This document shows, piece after piece, positions 1 to 11,706 of a DNA stretch of 64,000 bases. The DNA comes from an uncultured Alphaproteobacteria bacterium (GTDB lineage: Bacteria > Pseudomonadota > Alphaproteobacteria > HIMB59 > GCA-002718135). Made by a program: the position numbers and the translations under genes. The stretch is from assembly GCA_902560675.1 (NCBI GenBank), contig CACEMP010000005.1, positions 8,253-72,252 on the forward strand, written 5' to 3'. The notes under the pieces are model-generated. The model saw nothing but the letters and a program-made list of their open reading frames with translations, ran no database searches and was not told the DNA's origin. Numbering within the stretch: the first letter of the stretch is position 1; every line of letters starts with the position of its first letter.

Positions 1-546
1 GAAAAAGCAACTCCAGTAAGATTTGAATTGATAGAAAAAATTAAAAATTTACAACTTAGATTAAACACCAAAGTAAATTCGCAAATTCAATCCAAAAAAG
101 AAAATTATGAATATTTAAATAAATTTCTTAAATCTCCAAACTTGATAGTTAATAATTATAAGGAGAAGCTTTTAGACGATTTTAAAAATTTAACATTATC
201 AATTGAAAATAAATTTAGTATATCAAAATTGAATCTTCTTAACTTAGGGAAATCTGTTATTTCACCAGATTCATCAATAAACCTGAAACAAACAAAGATT
301 AACAATCTTTCGAAAAATCTTAATTTAAATATAGCCAACAATTACAAAGATAAGCTTGAAAAATATAAGTCTAATATAAGATTGCTCAATTCAAATTCTA
401 TTTCTTCAAATCTTAAAAAAGGATACTCAATTTTGATGGATGAAAAGAAAATTGTTAAGACAAGAAAAAAAATTACCACTAACGATCAATTATCAGTGAA
501 ACTTATTGATGGTACAATTGATATAAAAGTGACAAAAATTAACTAA
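1..546 (+). CDS. xseA: exodeoxyribonuclease VII large subunit, C-terminal part (5' end lies outside the window)
   Basis: The frame is open from base 1. A long coiled-coil-like Asn/Lys/Leu region is followed by the C-terminal block 'LKKGYSIL..(16)..L.VKLIDGTIDIKV', which resembles the XseA C-terminus. Confidence 0.6.
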   Translation, partial: EKATPVRFELIEKIKNLQLRLNTKVNSQIQSKKENYEYLNKFLKSPNLIVNNYKEKLLDDFKNLTLSIENKFSISKLNLLNLGKSVISPDSSINLKQTKINNLSKNLNLNIANNYKDKLEKYKSNIRLLNSNSISSNLKKGYSILMDEKKIVKTRKKITTNDQLSVKLIDGTIDIKVTKIN

Positions 547-1402
547 ATCTTTTATGCTGCCAGAACCATTGACTGGGTTCTGCTTTAATCCACTGTTCAA
601 TCTTATTATGAATTTTTTCCATCATCTGAGTATCATTAATTTCTAAATTGTTATGATAAAGTGGATCTAAAAATGTGAGCTCAATATTTCCATTATTAAT
701 TCTTTTATTTTGAATTGGAATTATTGGTAAATTATATTTTCTAGCAATTTTTAAAAAACCTGTTTGTGTTTTAACTTTTTTATTAAAAAACAATACTTCT
801 TCTCCTGAGGAATCTTTTTGATCTATTAATAATACAATTGATAAAGAATTATTTATTGCCTCAACAACATCTTTGGCACTTTTCTTACCCTTGGGAGTGT
901 AAAAGCTAGTTTTAGAAACAAGAGAATTTTGCCTGATATTAAGTATTAGTTTATCAATAAAATTATTGTTTATATGTCTATAAATGCCACCAATATTAAT
1001 TCCAATTCTATCTAAACCTGGAACTAATACTTCCCAATTAGATTGATGAATACTTATAAAAATTGCTTGTTTTTTATTTTTGATAAAATCTTCAATCTTT
1101 TCTAAATTGATATACTTTATTTTATTTTTAATAAAAATATCATTAATTCTTAGAAGTTCACAAATCGTAATTCCAAGATTATTCCAACTTTTTTTAATAA
1201 TATTTTGTATTTCTTCATCTTTAAGATTGGGAAAAACATGCTTACAATTATTTATAGCTATTTTATTGGCTCGTGAAAATTTTCCAAAAGTTCTAAATAA
1301 AAATGATGAAACTTTCAAAGATAGATTGAGTGGTAAAGTTTTATATAAAAGATAAATAAAAATAAATCCAATATACTGTAAAAAGTAAATTACTTGTTTC
1401 AT
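539..1402 (-). CDS. lpxL: lipid A biosynthesis lauroyl/late acyltransferase (LpxL/HtrB family)
   Basis: 287 aa with an N-terminal TM segment, the 'HQSNWE' acyltransferase box and the C-terminal 'PSQWFWQHKRF' signature. It sits in an operon with lpxK and waaA. Confidence 0.75.
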   Translation of the reverse strand: MKQVIYFLQYIGFIFIYLLYKTLPLNLSLKVSSFLFRTFGKFSRANKIAINNCKHVFPNLKDEEIQNIIKKSWNNLGITICELLRINDIFIKNKIKYINLEKIEDFIKNKKQAIFISIHQSNWEVLVPGLDRIGINIGGIYRHINNNFIDKLILNIRQNSLVSKTSFYTPKGKKSAKDVVEAINNSLSIVLLIDQKDSSGEEVLFFNKKVKTQTGFLKIARKYNLPIIPIQNKRINNGNIELTFLDPLYHNNLEINDTQMMEKIHNKIEQWIKAEPSQWFWQHKRFS

Positions 1403-2397
1403 ATTGCTAAATCATTAATTTTATTTTCTAGCACATTACTCAAAATCTCTTTAAGTAAATTTTCATCTTCAAATTTTATTTCACCATTAAGTGTGCTGAC
1501 TAAAGAACGATATGATTTTGGTATTCTTACAAAATCTTTTTTTGTAGTAACCAATACAGATTTTGTCAGATTGGCATTTTCTGCAAGATTTAACATGTCA
1601 TTTTCATCAAATATATGATGATCTGGGTAGCTAATTTTTTTTTCTAATATAGCACCTTGTTCAGTTAGTGAATTATAAAATTTTTCAGGATAAGCAATAC
1701 CTGCAAAAGCTGTCACTTTTTGATTTTTATAAATCTTATTATCTGTACTAATTTGAAACTTAGCATGAATAATTGGAACAGTACTAGGAATTTTATCTTT
1801 AACATCTTGAGCAATTTCACCAATTGCAATTACTAAATTTGCTCTAGAAATACCTCTTGATATACTCTCCCTAAGAGGCCCGGATGGAATTACCCGTTTA
1901 TTTCCAAATCCTTGTTCACCATTAATTACTATAATTGAAAAATCTTTTTGAATAGTTGGATTTTGAAATCCATCATCCATAATTATACAGTCAGCACCTT
2001 TTTCTTTAGCTAAGAAAAAGGATTTATTTCTATCTTGTCCAATCCAAGTTGGTGCAACTTCAGCTAATAATAAAGACTCATCCCCAACACTTTTTGCTGA
2101 ATGCCACTCTTTAATGAGAACATTAGATGTTTCAACTCCACCGTAACCTCTTGAAACAAAGTGAGGGTTATATCCATTAAGTTTCAATAAATTCCCAATT
2201 TTTAATGCAACAGGTGTTTTGCCAGCACCTCCCACCACTATATTACCAATACAAATTACAGGAATCTCAGAAGATTTTTTTCTGCTTACAAAATTTCTTA
2301 TTTTTGTTCCAAATCTAAATAGTAATGAGAGTGGATATAAAGAATTAGATAAATATGTATCATTTTTTTTATACCAAAATTTAGGAGCTTTAAGCAT
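1399..2397 (-). CDS. lpxK: tetraacyldisaccharide 4'-kinase
   Basis: 332 aa with the P-loop 'GNIVVGGAGKTPV' and 'VSRGYGG'. A 4-nt overlap joins it to lpxL. Confidence 0.9.
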   Translation of the reverse strand: MLKAPKFWYKKNDTYLSNSLYPLSLLFRFGTKIRNFVSRKKSSEIPVICIGNIVVGGAGKTPVALKIGNLLKLNGYNPHFVSRGYGGVETSNVLIKEWHSAKSVGDESLLLAEVAPTWIGQDRNKSFFLAKEKGADCIIMDDGFQNPTIQKDFSIIVINGEQGFGNKRVIPSGPLRESISRGISRANLVIAIGEIAQDVKDKIPSTVPIIHAKFQISTDNKIYKNQKVTAFAGIAYPEKFYNSLTEQGAILEKKISYPDHHIFDENDMLNLAENANLTKSVLVTTKKDFVRIPKSYRSLVSTLNGEIKFEDENLLKEILSNVLENKINDLAI

Positions 2398-2398
2398 T

Positions 2399-3619
2399 TC
2401 AATTTATGTATACTTCAATGTTTTGGAAAAGTTGTTCTTTTTCAAAAAAAGGACCATTAGAAAACTCTAATGCATTTTTTTGAATTTTTTTAATTTCAAA
2501 ATTATTATTCAGCAATTCTTTCATTTTAATATCAATTTCTTTAAATGTACTTACAATTATACATGAATTTGCTTCTACCATATCTTCATAAATATTAGTC
2601 CAATTATCAACATATTTTCCGCTAATAACAACACATCCATAACACGCAGGTTCTATTGGGTTATGCCCGCCAATATTTTCCGTAAAAGAGCCACCTAAAA
2701 TAACTAAATCACTAATTTTAAAATACTGATCTAATTTTCCAAAACTATCAATTATTACGATATTATTTTCTTCAACATCTTTTTTAGATTCTAATGAAAT
2801 ACTAAATCCCTCTTTATTTAATTCTTGCTTAATTGTATTAATCCTTTCTGGATGCCTTGGTGCAAGATAAATTTTTAAATTAAATTCACTAATTGTTTTT
2901 TTAATACTTTTAATTATCTCTATTTCCTCTTTAGAATGAGTACTTGCTATCATGATTATATTTGATTGTTTTCTATTTGTAACAAAATTAAAATTATTTT
3001 TAGCTAACTTCAAATTTCCAATATAGTCTATCTGTAAGTTTGTTAATTCGTGAATTCTTTTTTTATCATCGGTGCTTTGTGCAAAAATTTTATTAAAATT
3101 CTTTAATGAATTTTTATAAAAATTCTTTGCATTTTTCCATTTATTAAAAGAATTTGGAGAAATTCTTGCATTTAAATATAAACAATTGATATCTTTCTCT
3201 TTGATCTTATTAAGCATATTTGGCCATATATCAGATTCAATCCATAGGATTAAATTTGGCTTCCAAAAGTTTAAAAACCTTGAACACCATATAGACACAT
3301 CAAATGGAATGTATTGATGAACAACTTTATTTTTATAAAACTCCTGAATATAATCCGCTGAAGACTTTGTTGTTGTTGTTACTAAAATCTCGAATACTTT
3401 ATGATATCTGTCTATAATCAAATCTGATGACTTAAATTCTCCAATACTTGCTGCATGTATCCATAAAATTTTTTTTTCATTATTTTTTTTTACAGTTGGT
3501 TTTCCAAATCTTTCAACAAACCTAACTTTGTCCTCTTTTTTTCTATAAATTCGAATAAATATATTAACAATAATTAGAGGTAGGAACAAAGTACTAATTA
3601 TTTGATATATTTTAAGCAT
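2399..3619 (-). CDS. waaA: 3-deoxy-D-manno-octulosonic acid (Kdo) transferase
   Basis: 406 aa with an N-terminal TM segment, 'WIHAASIGEF' and a C-terminal 'GGHNPIEPA' block. Confidence 0.9.
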   Translation of the reverse strand: MLKIYQIISTLFLPLIIVNIFIRIYRKKEDKVRFVERFGKPTVKKNNEKKILWIHAASIGEFKSSDLIIDRYHKVFEILVTTTTKSSADYIQEFYKNKVVHQYIPFDVSIWCSRFLNFWKPNLILWIESDIWPNMLNKIKEKDINCLYLNARISPNSFNKWKNAKNFYKNSLKNFNKIFAQSTDDKKRIHELTNLQIDYIGNLKLAKNNFNFVTNRKQSNIIMIASTHSKEEIEIIKSIKKTISEFNLKIYLAPRHPERINTIKQELNKEGFSISLESKKDVEENNIVIIDSFGKLDQYFKISDLVILGGSFTENIGGHNPIEPACYGCVVISGKYVDNWTNIYEDMVEANSCIIVSTFKEIDIKMKELLNNNFEIKKIQKNALEFSNGPFFEKEQLFQNIEVYIN

Positions 3620-4283
3620 TTAGATTTTCTTCTGCTGAATTCATACAATTGTTAATTTTTTCTTCTAAGAAATTCTTATATTTATCTAAATCATCATCTG
3701 TTGTAGATGAAGGAATAATAATTGGTTCACCCCAGACAAACCTACATTTTGAAAATGGGTATGTAATTAAAAATGAGTCCCAAGATTTAAGTTTGATATT
3801 TTTATTTGAAGCAAAACCAAGTGGTATAATCGGAACTTGAGAATGAACTGCAATTTTTATGATTCCTTCTGAGACTTTTCTATTTGGACCTCTTGGACCG
3901 TCAGGAGTAATACCAATATAATTTCCATCTTTTAAAATTTTAAATACTTTCCTTAATGAAGGTGATTTATTCTTTGACATTATAGAAACATTTTTTAAAT
4001 TAAAATGACCTGCAATATATGCACCAAAGCGACCATCACTATGACTAGATGCTAACATATTTAAAACGGCTTTACTTTTCCATACATGCCCTATCATCAT
4101 TAATTGACCATGCCAAAAAGCTAGAATAAATGGTTTTTTTTCCCTCCACAATTTTTCTGGTAATTCAGAATTTTTAATCTGTATTTTAGAAGTATAACCC
4201 ACGAGTAATATATATACGTAACCAATAAAAGCCAAAATTTTTTGAGAAAAAGAAAATTTAAAAATTTTTTTTTTAAAACTCAT
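3612..4283 (-). CDS. DUF374-family protein (LPLAT-like), conserved partner of waaA
   Basis: 223 aa with a TM N-terminus, 'FWHGQ' and 'ITPDGPRGP' motifs. It overlaps both neighbours. Confidence 0.7.
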   Translation of the reverse strand: MSFKKKIFKFSFSQKILAFIGYVYILLVGYTSKIQIKNSELPEKLWREKKPFILAFWHGQLMMIGHVWKSKAVLNMLASSHSDGRFGAYIAGHFNLKNVSIMSKNKSPSLRKVFKILKDGNYIGITPDGPRGPNRKVSEGIIKIAVHSQVPIIPLGFASNKNIKLKSWDSFLITYPFSKCRFVWGEPIIIPSSTTDDDLDKYKNFLEEKINNCMNSAEENLNA

Positions 4284-6021
4284 TTTCTAATTGATCTCTT
4301 AGTTGTAATTTTTTGTAAATAGTAGATTTTAAAATTAGTTCTTCATGCGAACCTTGACTTTCAATTTTACCTTTATCTAAAACGTAGATTATGTCTGCAT
4401 CTTCTATCGTGCTTAATCTATGTGCAATTATTAATTTAGTTTTATTATTCATAAGATTGTTTATCGTTTCATGAATCTTATTTTCAGTTATGTTATCAAG
4501 AGAAGATGTAGCTTCATCCATAATTAAAAATGGTGCATCTTTAATAAGAGCTCGAGCAATAGCAATTCTTTGTCGCTGTCCACCTGACAATTTTATACCG
4601 TTTTCTCCGATAACAGTATGTAGTTTTTGATCTAACTCATCTGAAAAACTATTCACGCCAGCATTTTTAGCAACTAAAATTATCTCTTCATCATTTGCTT
4701 CTAGGTTTCCATATTTAATATTATTAAATATACTCTCGTTAAACAAAATTGTTTCTTGCGTAACTATTGAAACACTATTTCTTAAATCTGTCAAATCTAG
4801 CTCTTTTATATCTTTAGAATTAATTAATATAGAGCCTGAATAATTGTCATATAATCGCAAAATAATATTAGCTATCGTCGATTTACCAGAACCAGATAAG
4901 CCAACTAATGCAACTTTTTTTCCTTTTGGTATTTTTAAACTTATTTTATCAAGCACTATATTATCGTTATAAGCAAATGAAACATCTTTAAAAACAATGT
5001 CACCATCTAGATCTATGGTTTTTTTTATAGAAATATTTTCCATATTTTTTTCGCTTGTATCTAAAAGTTTAAATATTCTTTCAGCTCCGGCTAACCCTTC
5101 TTGGACACTAATATTTAAATTTCCAAGAGCCTTTACTGGTTGATAAGCCAGAAGAAGACTTACTAAAAAACTCATAAATTGACCAGTTGTCATACTTTCA
5201 TTTAAGACAAAAACTCCCCCAGCATAAATTGAAAGTGCTACGGCTAAACTTCCAATAAATTCCATTAAGGGACTTAAGCGATTGCTAATAAATGCAGATT
5301 TTGTAAAATATTTTTGAATAAAACCAATTGTTTCAAAAGCTCTTTGTTTTTCATAGTTTTCTCTTGAGTATGCTTTTACTTGTCTTATACCTTTAATGCT
5401 CTCTGCTAATACATTAGAAAAAACAGCAATTTCATTTTGGATTGTGTAAGTTATTTTTCTAATACTCTTTCCAATTTTTCTTATGGGCCAGATTGCTAAA
5501 GGGAATGCAAAAAAAGCAAAAAGAGTTAGGGTCCAACTTTGGTAAAACATATTACCTAATAAAAAAATAATAACTAAGACATCTTTTATAATTCCTGTTA
5601 CAGATTTAACTATTGCAAGTCTTAAGTAGTATGTATCATTGATGAGTCTTGAAATTAAATTACCTGATTTGGAATCATTGTAAAATTTCATATTCAAGTA
5701 CATGAGTTTTTCAAACATTTGAGTTTGAAGTTTTGCAATAATAGAATGTGCAACTTTACTCATTTGATAAGAGTGAGTATATGTTGCCAATCCTTTACAG
5801 AGTGTAACTATAATAATTGCTATTGGAATTAAAAATAACATTTCTTTATTTCCTTTGATTAAGACTTCATCAAGAGCAGGTCTTACTAACCAAGCATGCA
5901 AACCTGTTGCTGCAGCCGAGATAACCATCATAAATAAGGCTAATATTATTTTGAGTTTATGACTCATTAAATACTGAAAAACTATTCTAGAAGTAACAGA
6001 TTGTTTTTTATTTAAAGACAT
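4273..6021 (-). CDS. msbA: lipid A export ABC transporter, fused permease/ATPase
   Basis: 582 aa with a six-TM N-terminal half, Walker A 'GLSGSGKST', signature 'LSGGQRQR' and Walker B 'LIMDEATS'. Context is the LPS operon. Confidence 0.85.
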   Translation of the reverse strand: MSLNKKQSVTSRIVFQYLMSHKLKIILALFMMVISAAATGLHAWLVRPALDEVLIKGNKEMLFLIPIAIIIVTLCKGLATYTHSYQMSKVAHSIIAKLQTQMFEKLMYLNMKFYNDSKSGNLISRLINDTYYLRLAIVKSVTGIIKDVLVIIFLLGNMFYQSWTLTLFAFFAFPLAIWPIRKIGKSIRKITYTIQNEIAVFSNVLAESIKGIRQVKAYSRENYEKQRAFETIGFIQKYFTKSAFISNRLSPLMEFIGSLAVALSIYAGGVFVLNESMTTGQFMSFLVSLLLAYQPVKALGNLNISVQEGLAGAERIFKLLDTSEKNMENISIKKTIDLDGDIVFKDVSFAYNDNIVLDKISLKIPKGKKVALVGLSGSGKSTIANIILRLYDNYSGSILINSKDIKELDLTDLRNSVSIVTQETILFNESIFNNIKYGNLEANDEEIILVAKNAGVNSFSDELDQKLHTVIGENGIKLSGGQRQRIAIARALIKDAPFLIMDEATSSLDNITENKIHETINNLMNNKTKLIIAHRLSTIEDADIIYVLDKGKIESQGSHEELILKSTIYKKLQLRDQLENEF

Positions 6022-6884
6022 TAAAAACTTTGTAAAAGTATAAATAACATTATTGCAAAAATATTATTTTGTCTGAAATAATAATTTGAACTTATTGGCG
6101 ATGTTATATCCCATTTTTGAATTGCTATATACGTACAAATTGCGATAGTGGCTATAATAATTGAACTAAGTAAAAAATTTGAGGAATTCCATACAAAATA
6201 TGAGAATATTAGTAATACAATAAAATAGCAAATTAGAACAAATTTCTTCCCATTTTTATCGAAAAAGACAGCCGTCGATTTTATTTTATTTTTAATATCA
6301 TCATTTTTATCTTGGTACGCATAGATTGTATCATACGCTATTGTCCAAAAAACACATGCACAATATAACAAAATATAATCAAATGTAATTTTTGAATTAA
6401 ATTGTATTGAAACAATTAAAACCCCCCAGCTAAAAATTAACCCAAGAAATATTTGTGGGAAGTTAGTTAATCTTTTCATAAATGGATATAAAACTATACA
6501 TGGAATGCTTAATAGCCCCAGCATGATGGATTGTAGATTAAATTGTACAAGAATTAAGAAACTAATAGCTATTAAAATCATTAAAAGAATTAATGCCTCT
6601 AGAATAGTAATTTTTTTGGATGCTAATGGTCTAAGTTTTGTGCGTTTAACCTTTTGATCAAATTCAATGTCTACTATATCATTAATTATACATCCTGCAC
6701 TTCTCATTAAAAAAGAACCTAAAAAAAAAAGTAAGTACCAATAAAATAATTCAGAAGTTTTCATGTTTAATAATGCCAACCCAAACCAACAAGGCCACAT
6801 TAATAAAAGGAAACCAATAGGTTTATTAAAGCGAATTAACTCAAAATAATTAGAAATTTTATTTATAACAAGGCTACCCAACAT
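6021..6884 (-). CDS. ubiA: 4-hydroxybenzoate polyprenyltransferase (UbiA family)
   Basis: 287 aa polytopic protein with the 'NDIVDIEFD' Asp-rich motif and a second 'YAYQDKNDD' motif. Confidence 0.8.
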   Translation of the reverse strand: MLGSLVINKISNYFELIRFNKPIGFLLLMWPCWFGLALLNMKTSELFYWYLLFFLGSFLMRSAGCIINDIVDIEFDQKVKRTKLRPLASKKITILEALILLMILIAISFLILVQFNLQSIMLGLLSIPCIVLYPFMKRLTNFPQIFLGLIFSWGVLIVSIQFNSKITFDYILLYCACVFWTIAYDTIYAYQDKNDDIKNKIKSTAVFFDKNGKKFVLICYFIVLLIFSYFVWNSSNFLLSSIIIATIAICTYIAIQKWDITSPISSNYYFRQNNIFAIMLFILLQSF

Positions 6885-6918
6885 ATATTATTAAATGTTA
6901 TAATTCTAAACTATTGTT

Positions 6919-7677
6919 ATGAAAATGTCTAAAACACGTTTGTATATATCTGATAAACTATCAGCTAATATTTTGATTTATATTAAAAATAAGCAACATC
7001 ATTTTTTGAAAAATGTTCTTAGGATCAAAACTAATGATAACGTAAACTTATTTGATGGATTGACTGGAGAGTGGTCTTCTAAAGTTATATCAATAAATAG
7101 AGATAATATTGTTTTACAAATACAAAAAAAAATAAGGGATATTCCTGAAGAAACTGATCTATGGTTAATATTTGCTCCAATTAAATCTTATAGAATGAAC
7201 ATTACAATTCAAAAGGCGACTGAGTTGGGTGTTTCTCGATTTATACCAACAACAACTGAATTTACAAATCAAAATAAAATTAATTTTAAGAATTTAGAAA
7301 TGAATATTGTAGAAGCATCAGAACAATCCGAAAGACTATCAGTTCCTAAACTAGATAAAATAATTAAATTGGATGAACTAATAAATAACTATCCTCACGA
7401 TAGAGGATTGGTTTTTTGTGATGAAAGTAATAAAGGCTTACCTTCTATTCACGCTGTAATACAAAAAGAAATTAATAAATACAAAAAATGGGCAGTAATT
7501 ATTGGTCCCGAAGGTGGTTTTTCTGAAAAAGAAAGGAATGACATTTCCTCTGTATCTTCTTGCATTTCAGTTTCTTTGGGAAAAAGAATACTTAGATCAG
7601 ATACTGCAACAACAGTGGCAATTTTTTCTATTCAATCGCTGGTTGAAGCAAATATAATGAGCGACAACCTGTCCTAG
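6919..7677 (+). CDS. rsmE: 16S rRNA (uracil1498-N3)-methyltransferase
   Basis: 252 aa with the N-terminal 'HFLKNVLR' PUA-like region and the C-terminal 'IGPEGGFSEKE ... LGKRILRSDTA' SPOUT knot motifs. Confidence 0.85.
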   Translation: MKMSKTRLYISDKLSANILIYIKNKQHHFLKNVLRIKTNDNVNLFDGLTGEWSSKVISINRDNIVLQIQKKIRDIPEETDLWLIFAPIKSYRMNITIQKATELGVSRFIPTTTEFTNQNKINFKNLEMNIVEASEQSERLSVPKLDKIIKLDELINNYPHDRGLVFCDESNKGLPSIHAVIQKEINKYKKWAVIIGPEGGFSEKERNDISSVSSCISVSLGKRILRSDTATTVAIFSIQSLVEANIMSDNLS

Positions 7678-7748
7678 AATTTTGCCTCCGAATCACTGGT
7701 TAATTTACTGAATAATTTATTTATTAGTGTATAAAAAGACAATTTAAG

Positions 7749-10158
<2,410 letters not shown>

Positions 10159-10163
10159 TTTAA

Positions 10164-11084
10164 ATGGATGCTAAATCCTTAGAAGCTGGTTATAGCAATA
10201 ATTTTCTTTTAAGAAAATTTAAAGGTTATTATGAACTATTTAAACCAAGAGTTATGTCCTTGGTTGTCTTTACAGCGTTTGTTGGAATGTTTTTGGCACC
10301 TGGGCAGATAACATTTCTAAATAGTTTTCTTGTAATAGTTGCTATTGCATTAGGAGCTGGTTCTTCAGCTGCAATCAATATGTGGTTTGATGAGGATATA
10401 GATAAAACTATGGAAAGAACAAAACTACGACCAATTCCACTTGGAATAGTTTCTAAAAATGAAGCCTTAGTTTTAGGAATACTAACAGGGACTATTTCTT
10501 TAATTTTGATGCAATGGTTCTCAAATTCATTAGCAACAAGTTTACTTCTTTTTACAATTCTTTTTTATGTATTTATCTATACATTTTGGCTTAAACGAAC
10601 AACTTCCTTAAATATAGTTATCGGAGGGGCTGCGGGAGCAATTCCTCCAATTATTGGTTGGACAGCAGTTGTTCCTGAATTAAATTTCTTACCAATTGGT
10701 TTATTTGCAATTATATTTTTTTGGACCCCACCTCATTTTTGGGCCTTATCAGTATATAGATATAATGACTATAAAAACGCTAATGTGCCTATGTTACCAA
10801 ATGTAAGCAGTATTGAAGATACAAAAAAACAGATTGTTTATTATGCTATTATATTAATTTTATCTAGTTATCTTCCATACTTAGATAGCAATGTTGGAAT
10901 AATATACTTAACTATAGTTACAATATTGAACGTATTATTATTTAATAGCTCTTTAAAGTTAAAAAAATCTAAAGAAAGTAAATCAATGCCAAATTCCGAA
11001 GGATTAAAATTCTTCGCCATTTCAATCCTTTACTTATTTAGTTTGTTTTCAGCATTGTTGATTGATCATGTGGTATTAAGATGA
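10164..11084 (+). CDS. ctaB: protoheme IX farnesyltransferase (heme O synthase)
   Basis: 306 aa UbiA-fold protein with 'MWFDEDIDKTMERTKLRP' and 'WTPPHFWAL'. Confidence 0.92.
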   Translation: MDAKSLEAGYSNNFLLRKFKGYYELFKPRVMSLVVFTAFVGMFLAPGQITFLNSFLVIVAIALGAGSSAAINMWFDEDIDKTMERTKLRPIPLGIVSKNEALVLGILTGTISLILMQWFSNSLATSLLLFTILFYVFIYTFWLKRTTSLNIVIGGAAGAIPPIIGWTAVVPELNFLPIGLFAIIFFWTPPHFWALSVYRYNDYKNANVPMLPNVSSIEDTKKQIVYYAIILILSSYLPYLDSNVGIIYLTIVTILNVLLFNSSLKLKKSKESKSMPNSEGLKFFAISILYLFSLFSALLIDHVVLR

Positions 11085-11188
11085 AAAATAGAAGAAGAAA
11101 AAATATTATAACTCTAATAATTCTGCTTTGTATTGTGGCATTCTTTTATTTATGGACTCTATTTAAGGCTAATATTTTTGGAGTATAA
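11081..11188 (+). CDS. 35-aa single-TM protein between ctaB and ctaG (CoxF-like position); absent from the ORF track
   Basis: Read by hand: ATG at 11081 overlaps the ctaB stop (ATGA), and its TAA at 11186-11188 overlaps the ctaG ATG (TAATG). The product is MKNRRRKNIITLIILLCIVAFFYLWTLFKANIFGV, a basic N-terminus followed by one TM helix. Bradyrhizobium coxBAEFGC has a small gene in the same position. Confidence 0.5.
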   Translation: MKNRRRKNIITLIILLCIVAFFYLWTLFKANIFGV

Positions 11189-11703
11189 TGACAAATACTA
11201 GAACAGCTTTAGGACTATCATTAATTGTTTTAACAATGATTACTTTGGTCGCGTTTTCGGTACCGTTATATGACTTATTTTGTCGTGTTACTGGTTATGG
11301 GGGTAAGACAAGTACATCTGAGTTTCTTTCATCATCAATTTTAGAAAGAGACATTAATCTTAAATTTAATGCTGATGTTAATGATAGTATAAATTGGACC
11401 TTTACTGCACCAGAAAATATCAAATTTAAAGTCGGTGAAAATAAACTTGTTAATTATACTGCCACTAATCAATCTAATATTGAAACTATCGGTACTGCGA
11501 CATTTAATGTTTTACCAGAAAAAGTTGGGCCTTATTTTATTAAGACTCAGTGTTTCTGTTTTGAAAAGCAGTCATTAAAACCTGGAGAAACAGTTGAAAT
11601 GCCAGTTGTGTTTTACATTGATCCCTCAATTAATGAGGATCCAACAATGAAAGATGTTGAAGAGATAACATTGTCATATACCTTTTTTAAATATATAGAT
11701 TAA
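11188..11703 (+). CDS. ctaG: cytochrome c oxidase Cu(B) assembly protein Cox11/CtaG
   Basis: 171 aa with an N-terminal TM segment, 'LYDLFCRVTGYGG' and 'CFCF' copper motifs. Confidence 0.92.
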   Translation: MTNTRTALGLSLIVLTMITLVAFSVPLYDLFCRVTGYGGKTSTSEFLSSSILERDINLKFNADVNDSINWTFTAPENIKFKVGENKLVNYTATNQSNIETIGTATFNVLPEKVGPYFIKTQCFCFEKQSLKPGETVEMPVVFYIDPSINEDPTMKDVEEITLSYTFFKYID

Positions 11704-11706
11704 TAA

